The notes under the pieces are model-generated. The model was not told where the DNA came from, searched no databases, and saw only the letters and a list, made by a program, of their open reading frames with translations. From an uncultured Candidatus Saccharimonadales bacterium (lineage in GTDB: Bacteria > Patescibacteriota > Saccharimonadia > UBA4664), in the NCBI GenBank assembly GCA_964609585.1, contig CAZSRA010000003.1, positions 35,405 through 99,404 of the forward strand: DNA of 64,000 bases. The letters are read 5' to 3'. Shown here in pieces: positions 46,755 to 57,584 of the stretch (position 1 is its first letter; every line of letters begins with the position of its first letter). Made by a program: the position numbers and the translations under genes.

Positions 46755-49406
46755 GTGGCCGATACAAAACTCCTAGACTATTGGATACACCTCTTGGAGG
46801 GGCTGCTGCCACTTGTTGTGTTAGTCCTAGGAGTCTTCATCTTGGTCGTTGCGCTTTTCTTGCTTGCCCTCCATGTATTGGACTTCATCAGGCTGTCTCG
46901 AAAGCCATCCGTCCTACTGGAGCTAACTCCTCCCGCAGGCTCCGATAATACGCCGCAAGCGACGAGCCAGATGTTTGCGGTGCTACACGGACTAAACGCA
47001 AGTCGGACGATTACTGATAAATTGTTACGTCGAAAGGTTCGGTTTGCCCTTGAGATTGTGTCTACTCGCGAGCTTGGCATCAGGTACCTCATCCGCGCCA
47101 GCGAAGATGATGCAACCACTTTTGAACATAGTATCAGGTCATATCTTCCGGATGCCAAACTCAAGCGAGTAGATGATTATTTGCCTGGAGCTCCGCATTC
47201 TCGGCCTGCGCGAATTGTTGAGGCAAATCAAACCGGCCACTTCGCATATCCCTTGCGTACGCAGTTCTCGCTAAGTCAATATGACCCAATAGCTTATCTG
47301 ACGGGCGCAATGACGAAGCTGGAGCCAGATGAAATCATGGCATTCCAGATTGTTGTTACGCCGGCTAAAGTTCGAAGTGCACAGACGCTCGCCCAAGGCG
47401 TATTTAAAAACGCCGAAATGATCGACCGACTTGGTGATCGGAGGTCATCAGTTACGACGTCTGTTTTTAGCGGAATCAACTCGGTGTTGTTTAGTCTGAC
47501 AGATGGAGTCGGGGAGGTATTTCATGGATCAGGATACACGCACCGGGGGAATGAGGCCATTACGAGCCATAGGCAACAAGTGGCGACGGGGATTAAACCG
47601 CCTCGCGTGTTGTCCGCAATTGAGCAGGAGCTGGCGACTGCTGTACACGAGAAACTTAGTCAGCCTTTGTTTAGGGCCAGCATTCGAGCCTTCGTGCTAG
47701 TGAATACAACCGAAAAGGAGAAGCAGCGCGTTCGTTCGCTCCGAGATTGGCTGTCGGCGCTTGGTGATCCGAGATTCCAAGCTCTGCGTGCCCGTATAGA
47801 GCTGCCGTTTCGGATGCTCCAACCATTCAGGCGTTTTATGTATTCTCGTCGAATGCCTGCGTTAAATCCAAAAAATGGCGGCATCTTTTCGGCCACCGAG
47901 ATCGGTGAGCTATATCATATTGCCCACTCCAAGACGGCTAAAACTGAGAATGTTGCTCGCTCCCTCAGCAAAACTTTGCCCGCGCAGATATCCCTCAAAA
48001 ACAATCCAACATTCGATATCGTACTCGGGCAGAATGTTCATCATGGGGCAACAACCGAGATTGGATTAACCATGGCGGAACGAGAGCGGCACGTCTATAT
48101 CATTGGTGGCACCGGCAATGGCAAAACAACCATGATGATGTACGGGATGGTGCAGGATCTGAAAAACGGGAAGGGTTTTGCGTTCGTAGACCCACACGGA
48201 GATGCCGCCGAAGAAATTCTGCGGCATGTGCCCGGAAGCCGCGTGCAAGATGTCATCTATTTCAATCCGGATGATTTGTCTTACCCGATTGGCCTAAACC
48301 TCCTCGAAATTCCCGAGGGTGTGACGGGCGATGACTTGTTACGCGAGAAAGACCGCGTAACCGAGGCTACAATTTCAGTGTTTCGAAAGATCTTTTCTGA
48401 CGACGGGACGGGTGGTCACCGCATTGAGTATGTGCTTCGAAATACGATCCAGACAGCTCTGACTGTGGAGGGTGCTACACTCTTTACGATATTTCGGCTC
48501 CTAAATGATGAGGAGTACCGCAAAGGGATTGTTGATAATTTGTTAGATGAAGATCTCAAGAACTTTTGGGAGAACGAGTTAGGGAAAGCCGGAGACTTCC
48601 AACGAGTTAAGATGAGCGCCGGGATTACAGCTAAAATCGGCCGTTTCTTATTCTCTGCATCTGCTAAGCGAATTCTTGAGCAGCCTCGTTCGACAATTGA
48701 TTTTGATGACATTCTCGACTCTGGGAAAGTCCTGATCTGTAATTTCTCAAAGGGAATTCTGGGTGAAGACACCTCAGAGTTATTCGGTATTACAGTGCTA
48801 GCAAAGTTGCAAATGGCGGCCTTAAGGCGTGCCAGAATTGGTGCGATGAACCGTCGACCGTACTTCTTATATGTTGATGAGTTTCAGAACTTCGCAACAA
48901 CTTCGTTTGTGCAGATGCTATCCGAAGCCAGGAAATACAAGTTATTTCTCACTATGGCAGAGCAATCCACCTCGCAGCAAGACGATCAGCAGATGGTAAA
49001 CATCATACTTGCGAACGTCGGAACGGTTGTATGCTTTCGCACAGGGAATCCGGCGGACGAGCAGTACCTCCTTCCTCTCTTTTCGCCTTATATCCAGGCT
49101 GGAGAGATAGCAAGCCTACCGACCTACAACTTTTATGCCAGACTGTCAGCTGTGACCTCTCAGGAGCCGACATCAGGTGAGACAATTGTTATAGGCGATA
49201 CCGGCAGCGAGGAGATCGCGGATAGGGTTAAGGGGGTTTCGAGGGCTGAATATGCGATAAAGTATGTTGAATCAAAGACGGTTGAAGCCGTCGTGCCGAA
49301 TAAAACAATACATAAGCCGAAGACACTTCCAAAAACGGATTCCAGAAGAGAACGTAAAGTAAATGCTAGAGCTACTGATATTCGGAGTAAGAAGAGTCGC
49401 CCGTGA
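46755..49406 (+). CDS. VirD4/TraD-like coupling ATPase
   Basis: RHVYIIGGTGNGKTT, DPHGD, YVDEFQNF, LSEARKY; N-terminal TM. Confidence 0.88.
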   Translation: MADTKLLDYWIHLLEGLLPLVVLVLGVFILVVALFLLALHVLDFIRLSRKPSVLLELTPPAGSDNTPQATSQMFAVLHGLNASRTITDKLLRRKVRFALEIVSTRELGIRYLIRASEDDATTFEHSIRSYLPDAKLKRVDDYLPGAPHSRPARIVEANQTGHFAYPLRTQFSLSQYDPIAYLTGAMTKLEPDEIMAFQIVVTPAKVRSAQTLAQGVFKNAEMIDRLGDRRSSVTTSVFSGINSVLFSLTDGVGEVFHGSGYTHRGNEAITSHRQQVATGIKPPRVLSAIEQELATAVHEKLSQPLFRASIRAFVLVNTTEKEKQRVRSLRDWLSALGDPRFQALRARIELPFRMLQPFRRFMYSRRMPALNPKNGGIFSATEIGELYHIAHSKTAKTENVARSLSKTLPAQISLKNNPTFDIVLGQNVHHGATTEIGLTMAERERHVYIIGGTGNGKTTMMMYGMVQDLKNGKGFAFVDPHGDAAEEILRHVPGSRVQDVIYFNPDDLSYPIGLNLLEIPEGVTGDDLLREKDRVTEATISVFRKIFSDDGTGGHRIEYVLRNTIQTALTVEGATLFTIFRLLNDEEYRKGIVDNLLDEDLKNFWENELGKAGDFQRVKMSAGITAKIGRFLFSASAKRILEQPRSTIDFDDILDSGKVLICNFSKGILGEDTSELFGITVLAKLQMAALRRARIGAMNRRPYFLYVDEFQNFATTSFVQMLSEARKYKLFLTMAEQSTSQQDDQQMVNIILANVGTVVCFRTGNPADEQYLLPLFSPYIQAGEIASLPTYNFYARLSAVTSQEPTSGETIVIGDTGSEEIADRVKGVSRAEYAIKYVESKTVEAVVPNKTIHKPKTLPKTDSRRERKVNARATDIRSKKSRP

Positions 49407-49512
49407 GATTCGATTCTGTGTGGCGTTGGTTTATGTTATCCCGTGTTTTCCCCGAAATAATCAGTGTCCTAGGGGTCCGATTATAATTCGGGATTAATCA
49501 TCGTGTATGTCA

Positions 49513-49995
49513 TCAATAAGGAAACTTCGGGACTGATTCCATCACAAGGTTTGGATCCCAACCTACGAACTTGGCCTTAGCCACGGCTTGCTCTGCTAAC
49601 TTTTGGATATAAACGTTGGCGGCAGGGGTGAAGTGATCAATCAGGGTGCTATAGGTTATATAGAGAGCTTCAGCTTGTTCAGTATGTCTTAGGGCGCCGT
49701 CGTCCCAAACATCATAGAGATCCTGTGCGGTTCGCTCATTGAGCGGATAGCCTTCGGGCTTATTGCCGAAGCCGATCTCAGTGAGAGGCCCCCAATTGGG
49801 CGTGGCCGGTGCGATTAGCTCAAAGCTATTGTCTTCAGTGATAATGTGGGCTTCTACATATTTGACGGTTTGTGTTTGGAATGGGACGAGGATCATTATG
49901 TTTGAATTGTCATTAATCGACCATCGCATAACCGTTAGTCCGATAGGAATCCGGCTGTCTAGTGTTGTAAGACTGGAGTCTGCTGCGATTAACAT
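49513..49995 (-). CDS. Hypothetical protein, possible orphan immunity protein
   Basis: 160-aa acidic ORF directly downstream of the Rhs-immunity pair, same strand. Confidence 0.55.
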   Translation of the reverse strand: MLIAADSSLTTLDSRIPIGLTVMRWSINDNSNIMILVPFQTQTVKYVEAHIITEDNSFELIAPATPNWGPLTEIGFGNKPEGYPLNERTAQDLYDVWDDGALRHTEQAEALYITYSTLIDHFTPAANVYIQKLAEQAVAKAKFVGWDPNLVMESVPKFPY

Positions 49996-50016
49996 TGTTA
50001 TCTTGTTTTAACAGGA

Positions 50017-50421
50017 TCAATTGGAGTTTTGGTCTTTTTCGGCTTCAATGCGCAATTCAGCAAATGCCTGATAGCCAGCTGGCGTTCCGTCCTCTATATC
50101 TTCACTGAATGTGCCATAAAGCGGGTTAGCATAGACTACTTCGTGGCCATAACCTTCCCACTCGTCCTTAACCCAATCCGAAGGTTTATGATCGTCGGTT
50201 ACTTCGAAAAATGCTGCAGGCATCCACCAAGGGACGTGCGGAGATATTTCATCTGTTAGAACCCAATAGAAATCCCCGTAATCATTGCGTCGTGTACCGT
50301 AGACTATATATTCTATTCCAATAGTCAGATCAGTAGCGCCGGCTTCATCTTGATGGTAGGCGAATTTTTGACTCTCTTTCGGAAGAGTATTTATGTTGTT
50401 GGCTATGCATTTTGCTTTCAT
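50017..50421 (-). CDS. Putative cognate immunity protein of the Rhs toxin
   Basis: ATGA overlap with Rhs stop; acidic; MKAKCIAN...LTIGIEYIVYG...PWWMPAAFFEV. Confidence 0.75.
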   Translation of the reverse strand: MKAKCIANNINTLPKESQKFAYHQDEAGATDLTIGIEYIVYGTRRNDYGDFYWVLTDEISPHVPWWMPAAFFEVTDDHKPSDWVKDEWEGYGHEVVYANPLYGTFSEDIEDGTPAGYQAFAELRIEAEKDQNSN

Positions 50422-53400
50422 GGTACTATCTTAAGCTGCTTTACGGCGTTTAGTATAGGGCTCCAGAAATAGTGTACTGTCACCTTTGGTTTTGATGCAT
50501 CCATAGGTCGGTGCGTATATTGCATTTTTTGCCAGCCTCCAGCTGCAGGGTAACTTGGGTCTTTAATCTTGCCCTGCATCCTCTCTTTTCCGATTGCCGG
50601 ATTGCTTAGAACTTCTTTCATTGTCAGTTGTTCTGGAAGTGTGGTTGTGGGACCGGGGGTATCAGACAGCCCGTTTAACAGCTCATTGATGTATGGGACT
50701 AGGAGGATGAGACATTCCGGCAAGCACCTCCCGGTCAAATCGGAACTATTTACTGGATCCTGGGGGTATATGAATGGATTCGCGTTGCCTCCATCCACCG
50801 GGTCGACTTGGGCGAACCTGCCCAAGGTCGGGATGTAAAGCCTGGCACCGAGCTGGAGATATTGATTATAGGTTTGTCGGTCTTGAAGTATGCCTTGTTG
50901 GCCTGACCAGCCGAGGCTTTCGCCATTCGACAAGTTTGTGGGGGGATTCGTTCCGAAATTGGGATAGTTAGTGATGGTATTACCAAAGGGTTCATATTGG
51001 GCCGTTTGGTTCAGGGCTCCAGTTCCGTCTGTTGTAGCGAAGAAGTCTCCATGAAGGTTCGGGAGAGAGTAGGTTGTCACGGGTGACGAGAATGGCCTCA
51101 CACTATAGCTGACACCACCCGGAAGCTGGATTAGTGAATCCATGAGGGTGCCACCTGAATTCTTCATGAAGGCGGGATTCGAACCAGATCCTGTGTAGCC
51201 ATAGTACGTATTCTGAGCTGAGTCTCTGACATAGATCGGGCGGTCTACGGCATCGTTTGTGTTGTATACGCCGTTTGAATCTCTGATATATACATTACGA
51301 TCCGACGAATCATAGTCTAAATAGGTTGTCGCTGATGAATAGCCACTGAAGTTCATGTTCCAATGTGCGTCATATTGAGGTGCCAAGAATGACATATAGG
51401 CCGTTGGGTCCGCAGACGAAGTGAGGCGGTCCGCATAGTCGTAGCAATACGTCGTTGTGTGATTGCCATTGGAATCAACTCGCGTCATACTCGTGCGATT
51501 CGAATTCTTGCCTGCGTTTACATTGTATGTTCCGGTGCAACTTGTTGGCGCACCAAATGTATATGCATATGAATTTGAACCTATTGAAGCCGTCAGAAGG
51601 CGGCCGTCCTTATCATATGTCTCGGATTTAGCTGCGCCATTTTCCGTTCCTGAGATAACCTGACCTGATTGGCTAAGCGTTACGTTGTCCGCGATCGTGG
51701 AGGTTCCGTTGCCGAGTGTGTAATTAGCGCTATTTTTGCGCCCCAGGCTGTCGTAACCGATTGTTACACCTAGCGAGCCGGCTCCGGGATATGTAACTGT
51801 GCTCAATCTGCTGTAGGCATCATACGTTGGGCTTGCTAGGGTAACACTATTTAGCTGTTGCGAGGTCATTCGGTTAAAGTTGTCATATCCGAAGCCCTCT
51901 GTTCCAATTGGGCTAACTTTGCTGATAAGTCGGCCGAGATTATCGTAGCTGTATGTTGTCGAGTTACCGTTGGCATCTACATAGGTTGTGGTCCGATTTA
52001 GAATATCCGAGGTTGTCGTAACCGTTCCTGAGCTATCCGAGACATTAGTGACGAGTGGGTTTCCACTTACGGCGTAATTGTAGTTAATGGTTCGGGCAGG
52101 TTTTACGACACCTGTGGCTGGATTGGTTGGTTGAGATGGATAGGCTTTTTGAGTAATACGGCCTCTGGCGTCATAGGTATTACAAACCCATGCTTCGGTA
52201 TTCTGGCGTGTAGCAATGGTTCTTCCGGCGTCATCATATACCGTTTCGCTAGCGAGGCCACCCGTACCATTATTAGCTGGACTTGCCTGTGTGCTTAACT
52301 TAATCATCCCGGCCTGCTTAAACGTTTGGGCGGTGTTGCACGGGTTTTGCCTGGTTTCGGTGGCTCCATAATACGTATATGTTTCGGACGGGTTTGCAGT
52401 TGCGGAGCCCGGGAGGCTCTTGGTTAATTGACGCAAGTAACTTCCGGTTCCGGTCGGGGTCTCATATGTGTAGTTGGTAGTTAAGTTTAGCCCTGCTGGA
52501 TCGACGGTGCTGCTTTGGACTAGACCCAATTCAGGATTAACCCCATACGCGTTGGTCTTGGTTCGATCACCAACCGATGCGCTCGAATCGCTGGTAGTTT
52601 GACTCGTTGTTAGGCTGTAGAGAGGTGTCAATAAGCTTCCTAGTGAGCTGGTTTCTACTCCTCCTGGCGGAGTCATAAACATTTGAAGTGTGGCGTTTGT
52701 GGCACCTACATGGTTGTAGTAATCAACTCGGATACGATGCCAGGAATCTGTTGTGTTATTAAACCCTAGATATCCGGATGTCATTGCGTGTGACCTGGGC
52801 GCGCCATCCGCCCAGTCATCAATGACGAGGGTGTCGTCAATCCAGACTCGCACTCCGTCATTTGAGTATGCACGGAAGGTATAGTTTCCAACTGAACCCA
52901 AATGTATGTCGCCGGTTAATCTTGTACCCCAGCCATACCCGCTATCAGGAGTAAATGGAGGCGTGGCATTCCAAGTTTGATTAATGTCTCCATTGACATT
53001 GCCGACACCGGTTGTGTGCAGCTTAGGGCTCCCCCAGAGCAGCTTTGTTGATGTTCCGGTGCCATTGGATTGCGTATCGACATCATAATATGCTGCCGCT
53101 AGGCTCTTGATGTTTTCGTCGTAGCCGGTTTTTTGGTGTGGCACCTGCGAGGTATAGGCAGATAGCGGCATGTCATAGGTGCTATCCGCGGGGTTGGTGT
53201 CAAACCATGCCGAGGGTGCGGGGCCATACTGATCGGTGGCTCGCTTGTCGTAGTCATAAAGCGTCGTGATCATGTACTGAGCTGAATCCGTCTCACTTCT
53301 TGGAAGGTCCTTAACTGGATCCCAATTTATTTTAGAATCAAGATTTGCAACGTCGAAGCTGTCAGTAGTGCGTTGAGTTGCGTCATACAATATTTTGCGA

Positions 53401-56400
53401 CTGAAGCCATTGGGTTCGGTAGCATTTGAAACATGCATGAGGGTTTGAGCGTTGTAGTAATTGTAAGTATGAGCTTGGCGTACCGCTCCTGCTGTTGCTG
53501 CTGGCATAGTTACCGAAAGTACGTGACCCAGGGCATCGTATGTGACGGAAGTTAATTCGGTGCCGTCTTTTGCCCTAACCCCGGCTATTGCCGCATCGTT
53601 CGCAAGCGTATTGCGAGTGCTCGATAGACACCCTGGGCACGAATTGGTTCCATTATTCGGTAGATAGCTGAAATCGGTGTAATCATTTCCTGGCTTAATA
53701 ATTTCCGATAGCCTCGGCGTAGTGCCGTCTAAAACGTACTGTAATTGAGTTACATTTCCATTTGAGAGGCTGACCGGTGACGCCTGAGTGCCATCAGAGG
53801 TAGAAAAAGCACAGATCATACCCGGAGTGCTTGAATAAGACACGAAACCGCTCGCAACCGATGGGCAATTTGTGGTATCTCCACTGTAGTAGATCTTCAT
53901 CCACCTTGAAGTATCTACTGGATCTGTTATTTGAGTAACATGAGGAATGACGCTACCCCCACTAGTCCCATAGGTATATGTCAAAGCAGTTGGATGTAAA
54001 TCATCTACGGATGTTGTGGCCGATTTTATCGTCCCGTCGATGTTAAAAACATAGGTGCGACCATCGCTATCCTGCAGCGTTATAGTGCCGTCACCATTCC
54101 TCCACATATGACCACTGTCGTTCACGGGAGGAGTAAAACCTCCATTTACAAATTGGTAATCGTGCGAAAGGCCAGTCGAGTCATATAATATGACACTCCC
54201 TTGGCTTATAACCGCATAGTCATATGAGAGCACACCGGCGTTATTAAGGCCGAGGTTCCATCCTTCGGGCAGGATATTGGCCTGAGGGCTGAGCAGACTG
54301 GAATCCACTATCCTATCTGGCTGGCTTGTTCCCAGCGCGGCTTGCTGCATATATATCGCTAGCTGAGCAGCTGAACCATCCGTGACGTGGCTATCTTTGT
54401 AATAATCGATCTCAATTGGAATCGTTTGGCCAGCTGTGAGTGGAATACCTAAGCCGTATACGATTGGGCTAGCGGCATGGTTTGACCAAGAGTTTAATAC
54501 CGTATTCGTACCGCTCAGAATTATTCGTACGCCATCATTTGCTCCGGCACCAAAGGTGTATGTATCGGCAACTGGAGCGGTAAAATACCCATTCCAGCGA
54601 ACTATGTATTTGTCCGTTGGACCATTGGGGACCGGGGAGCCTGTGCCCCAGTTGAAGTTCATGCCGGTGTCAGTTCTTTTCAGGAAGGAGTTATTCGTAT
54701 TTGTAGTGTCAAAGGTATGGGTGCCGTCGTCGGTATAATACTGACCATAGAGACCGTGGCTAGCAGTAATCGGCTGAACCCCCGTTTGTAACCAGGATGG
54801 ATTTACTACGCCCGTAATGGTGCCGTCACTCGTCTTTGCTAGTAGATGAACTTGGGAAGAGCCTGTAGCTTGGAAGTACTCATATTTGATCTGCACCACT
54901 TGACCTGCGGTTAGAGCTACACCTGCTCCATATACATTTGTTGGAAGCGCCGACCACTGATCGAGATAAGCAGTGCTTGACCCGTTAAGGAAAACTCTGC
55001 TGCCGCCGTTACTAGTGGTGCCAAATTGATACGTGCCATTTTGAGGTGCTACAAAATAACCAGACCATCGTACGAGATAGTTCGTTGAGGTAATTAGGCC
55101 TGGATAAGGGCTTTGACTGTTCCAGGCGAAGTCAGCATTGGAGTCAACTCGCTGCAAGAGAGGCGCAGTTGTTGGAAACGCGTGCGTCCCAGATGGGTCA
55201 TTCCAGTATTGACCTACAATTCCCTGTTCAGAACGTTGGGGTGAATTGTAAGCAAGACTGGTTCCGATACTCCCACCTAGTGCGGTAATTGAGTGAGTAT
55301 CGATACCGGTACTCAGATTGCCCGTAGCCATATCGACGTTTACCGGGCCGACCTGATCGATGGATTGCGTTTTATCTTTACCATTTCTCAAATCGACACT
55401 GAAAGAATAGACTGGTCCGTAGGTGTCTGGCGCACCTGTGTAATTGTCCCAAACGACTGGCTGCCAGAAATATGTGTTGCCGTCCTGAAGTACGTTGCTA
55501 GGTACGGTCCATTGATTTATCGGGAGGTGGCCAGAGTCGGCTACAAGACCGGTTAAGCTGGGGACCATATTAAATGGGTTTGAAGTAGGTATATTTTTCG
55601 TTGTTCCAACGATAAAGCGATATTGGAATGAACTAGAATCAGGATCAACAATCGAGCTTGGCTTCGTAAACAGCGTAGGTTGTGTGGAGATTGATATACC
55701 CCCATTTGCTGGAGACTGGGTGTCAGTAGTATATCCGGATGGTAGTGTATCGAAATTGAGCGTAATGGAAGTTTTGGTATCGTCAAATTCTTTTAGTGTA
55801 TTGCTCGTGCTCTCGTCGCCGCGAACCATCATCCAGGGGTTGAGATTGCCTGCTGCTATGGCATTGCGATACACAGTAGTGACATCAATATCTGGTGGAG
55901 TATTTGATGAGCTATTAGTAGCGACTGAGCCAGACGATTCTCCCCACGCATTGTCGTAGCACGTCCAGCTAGTCTGACAAGTTGAGTGATCGACAGCTAT
56001 GGTTTCATTTGCCGGATTGCCGGAATACAGTTCGAGGTGCATTTGAGCAGAGACTAAGTAGGTGTATGGTGGCGATGGCACAGTAATTGGTACGTGGAAT
56101 GCAAATCGCCATTTGTTGCCGCTGGCGTCTTCTCCGACGGTATTTGCACACCCTAGACCGGTGCAAGTCGTTCCCGTAGACTCAAAATCTTCATAGGATG
56201 CGCCAACCAGTATTGGCGGGTCGATAGCAATTGGAAATGCAGAGAATGGCTGGGAGTTAAGCCAGCTTTGATCAAGCCCTATGTTAAATGTGCCATTTGA
56301 ATATGACTGACTAGCGACTACGGCGGAGTTGTCTGTTTTGTGATCGGCAGAATTAACCGTAGGAGCTGGGATTACAAAACCACTAAAAGCCCCGTCTAGA

Positions 56401-57275
56401 TCGTAGGCTCCGGTCACTTTGTTGTCCGACACTAGGTTAGCGCCACTGGTTGTAAAAGCCAGATTAGCTGACGCGGCTTTGCTTTTTACAATTATGGTTT
56501 CTTGAATTTCAGAACCTGATACGCGATATCGCAGATCTATCCCCTGCCACACATTCCGATAAAGCACTGCTTGATTTGGTGAATTACCCGAAACAACTGG
56601 CTTCACACTATTTGCACCTATGGGAGAAAATGCAAATACGTGGCCGCTTTTTGTAATCTTAATGCCGTCTTGAGAGATGTCTCCAAAGGAAACTTGCCAT
56701 GAGTTGGCTTTTGAATGCCAATTTCCGTTTGTTGAATCCTCGACGAGCGTGGGGTCAACACCCTGCCACTTGCCGCTCTCGTCCTGATAATTGGTAGCTT
56801 CAAGTGTATGGACAAGGGATTTTGATCCATCGGCATTTTGGTAAATCGTATCGTTTGCTGTGCGACCTTCGTCTAATGCGCTGACATGCCGTAAGTCTGT
56901 GGCACCTTTCTTGAATGATGCAAGCTCTTCACCGAGCTTGGCATTTACGGTGTCGGGCATCTTATCTATTGTCTTTTTGCCCTCTTGGGTAGTATTCGCC
57001 GCAGGTGGAAATGTGGCTTGCTGATCTGCGACGAGTGGGCGTGGAATCCGAGCTTGAGCGTTATTATAGCTGGCGACGAGAGCGGGGAAGCTAATAGCCA
57101 GAATATTCAGGGAGAGCGCAGCGATGGCAATAATATTGAACGGCCGTCGCAGGGTGATTGCAGAAATGGTGCGCATTTTTGGTCTAGATAACCTGACTCT
57201 TTTTGTCCTGCGAGCTGCAAGCTTCACTTTCTCACTAAGCTTCATATTTAGACCATCCATCAGAGCCATACCCAC
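50418..57275 (-). CDS. Rhs/YD-repeat polymorphic toxin with three PA14 domains and a C-terminal toxin domain
   Basis: YD repeats (YDALG, YDDAGR, YDARGR, YDNLGR); core end QLGARLYIPTLGRFAQVDP...DPVNSSDLTG; three PA14-like segments; N-terminal TM/signal. Confidence 0.92.
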   Translation of the reverse strand: MGMALMDGLNMKLSEKVKLAARRTKRVRLSRPKMRTISAITLRRPFNIIAIAALSLNILAISFPALVASYNNAQARIPRPLVADQQATFPPAANTTQEGKKTIDKMPDTVNAKLGEELASFKKGATDLRHVSALDEGRTANDTIYQNADGSKSLVHTLEATNYQDESGKWQGVDPTLVEDSTNGNWHSKANSWQVSFGDISQDGIKITKSGHVFAFSPIGANSVKPVVSGNSPNQAVLYRNVWQGIDLRYRVSGSEIQETIIVKSKAASANLAFTTSGANLVSDNKVTGAYDLDGAFSGFVIPAPTVNSADHKTDNSAVVASQSYSNGTFNIGLDQSWLNSQPFSAFPIAIDPPILVGASYEDFESTGTTCTGLGCANTVGEDASGNKWRFAFHVPITVPSPPYTYLVSAQMHLELYSGNPANETIAVDHSTCQTSWTCYDNAWGESSGSVATNSSSNTPPDIDVTTVYRNAIAAGNLNPWMMVRGDESTSNTLKEFDDTKTSITLNFDTLPSGYTTDTQSPANGGISISTQPTLFTKPSSIVDPDSSSFQYRFIVGTTKNIPTSNPFNMVPSLTGLVADSGHLPINQWTVPSNVLQDGNTYFWQPVVWDNYTGAPDTYGPVYSFSVDLRNGKDKTQSIDQVGPVNVDMATGNLSTGIDTHSITALGGSIGTSLAYNSPQRSEQGIVGQYWNDPSGTHAFPTTAPLLQRVDSNADFAWNSQSPYPGLITSTNYLVRWSGYFVAPQNGTYQFGTTSNGGSRVFLNGSSTAYLDQWSALPTNVYGAGVALTAGQVVQIKYEYFQATGSSQVHLLAKTSDGTITGVVNPSWLQTGVQPITASHGLYGQYYTDDGTHTFDTTNTNNSFLKRTDTGMNFNWGTGSPVPNGPTDKYIVRWNGYFTAPVADTYTFGAGANDGVRIILSGTNTVLNSWSNHAASPIVYGLGIPLTAGQTIPIEIDYYKDSHVTDGSAAQLAIYMQQAALGTSQPDRIVDSSLLSPQANILPEGWNLGLNNAGVLSYDYAVISQGSVILYDSTGLSHDYQFVNGGFTPPVNDSGHMWRNGDGTITLQDSDGRTYVFNIDGTIKSATTSVDDLHPTALTYTYGTSGGSVIPHVTQITDPVDTSRWMKIYYSGDTTNCPSVASGFVSYSSTPGMICAFSTSDGTQASPVSLSNGNVTQLQYVLDGTTPRLSEIIKPGNDYTDFSYLPNNGTNSCPGCLSSTRNTLANDAAIAGVRAKDGTELTSVTYDALGHVLSVTMPAATAGAVRQAHTYNYYNAQTLMHVSNATEPNGFSRKILYDATQRTTDSFDVANLDSKINWDPVKDLPRSETDSAQYMITTLYDYDKRATDQYGPAPSAWFDTNPADSTYDMPLSAYTSQVPHQKTGYDENIKSLAAAYYDVDTQSNGTGTSTKLLWGSPKLHTTGVGNVNGDINQTWNATPPFTPDSGYGWGTRLTGDIHLGSVGNYTFRAYSNDGVRVWIDDTLVIDDWADGAPRSHAMTSGYLGFNNTTDSWHRIRVDYYNHVGATNATLQMFMTPPGGVETSSLGSLLTPLYSLTTSQTTSDSSASVGDRTKTNAYGVNPELGLVQSSTVDPAGLNLTTNYTYETPTGTGSYLRQLTKSLPGSATANPSETYTYYGATETRQNPCNTAQTFKQAGMIKLSTQASPANNGTGGLASETVYDDAGRTIATRQNTEAWVCNTYDARGRITQKAYPSQPTNPATGVVKPARTINYNYAVSGNPLVTNVSDSSGTVTTTSDILNRTTTYVDANGNSTTYSYDNLGRLISKVSPIGTEGFGYDNFNRMTSQQLNSVTLASPTYDAYSRLSTVTYPGAGSLGVTIGYDSLGRKNSANYTLGNGTSTIADNVTLSQSGQVISGTENGAAKSETYDKDGRLLTASIGSNSYAYTFGAPTSCTGTYNVNAGKNSNRTSMTRVDSNGNHTTTYCYDYADRLTSSADPTAYMSFLAPQYDAHWNMNFSGYSSATTYLDYDSSDRNVYIRDSNGVYNTNDAVDRPIYVRDSAQNTYYGYTGSGSNPAFMKNSGGTLMDSLIQLPGGVSYSVRPFSSPVTTYSLPNLHGDFFATTDGTGALNQTAQYEPFGNTITNYPNFGTNPPTNLSNGESLGWSGQQGILQDRQTYNQYLQLGARLYIPTLGRFAQVDPVDGGNANPFIYPQDPVNSSDLTGRCLPECLILLVPYINELLNGLSDTPGPTTTLPEQLTMKEVLSNPAIGKERMQGKIKDPSYPAAGGWQKMQYTHRPMDASKPKVTVHYFWSPILNAVKQLKIVP

Positions 57276-57584
57276 AACCTCCTGATTTAAAGCTTAGAAC
57301 AGTTTCCTTACTTAGATTCTAAGGTTTGGCTTTGTATTGCTGCAAGCTTATCATGGAGCATAAGAGTTATCAGATACAGCATCTTGACTATTAGTCAACC
57401 TTCTAAATAATTGTCTCTGTTTAGTATCATTGATTGGAAATATCGCCAATGAGTGTTTACCTTATCCCCAGGACGAGAAAAACTGTAATTCTTAAGTTAT
57501 CCTGAATTTTTGGGGATAACTATTTGTCAATTACTATAAATAGAATTAACAGTAAAATACTACTAATACAGGTTGGCTGGGGGT

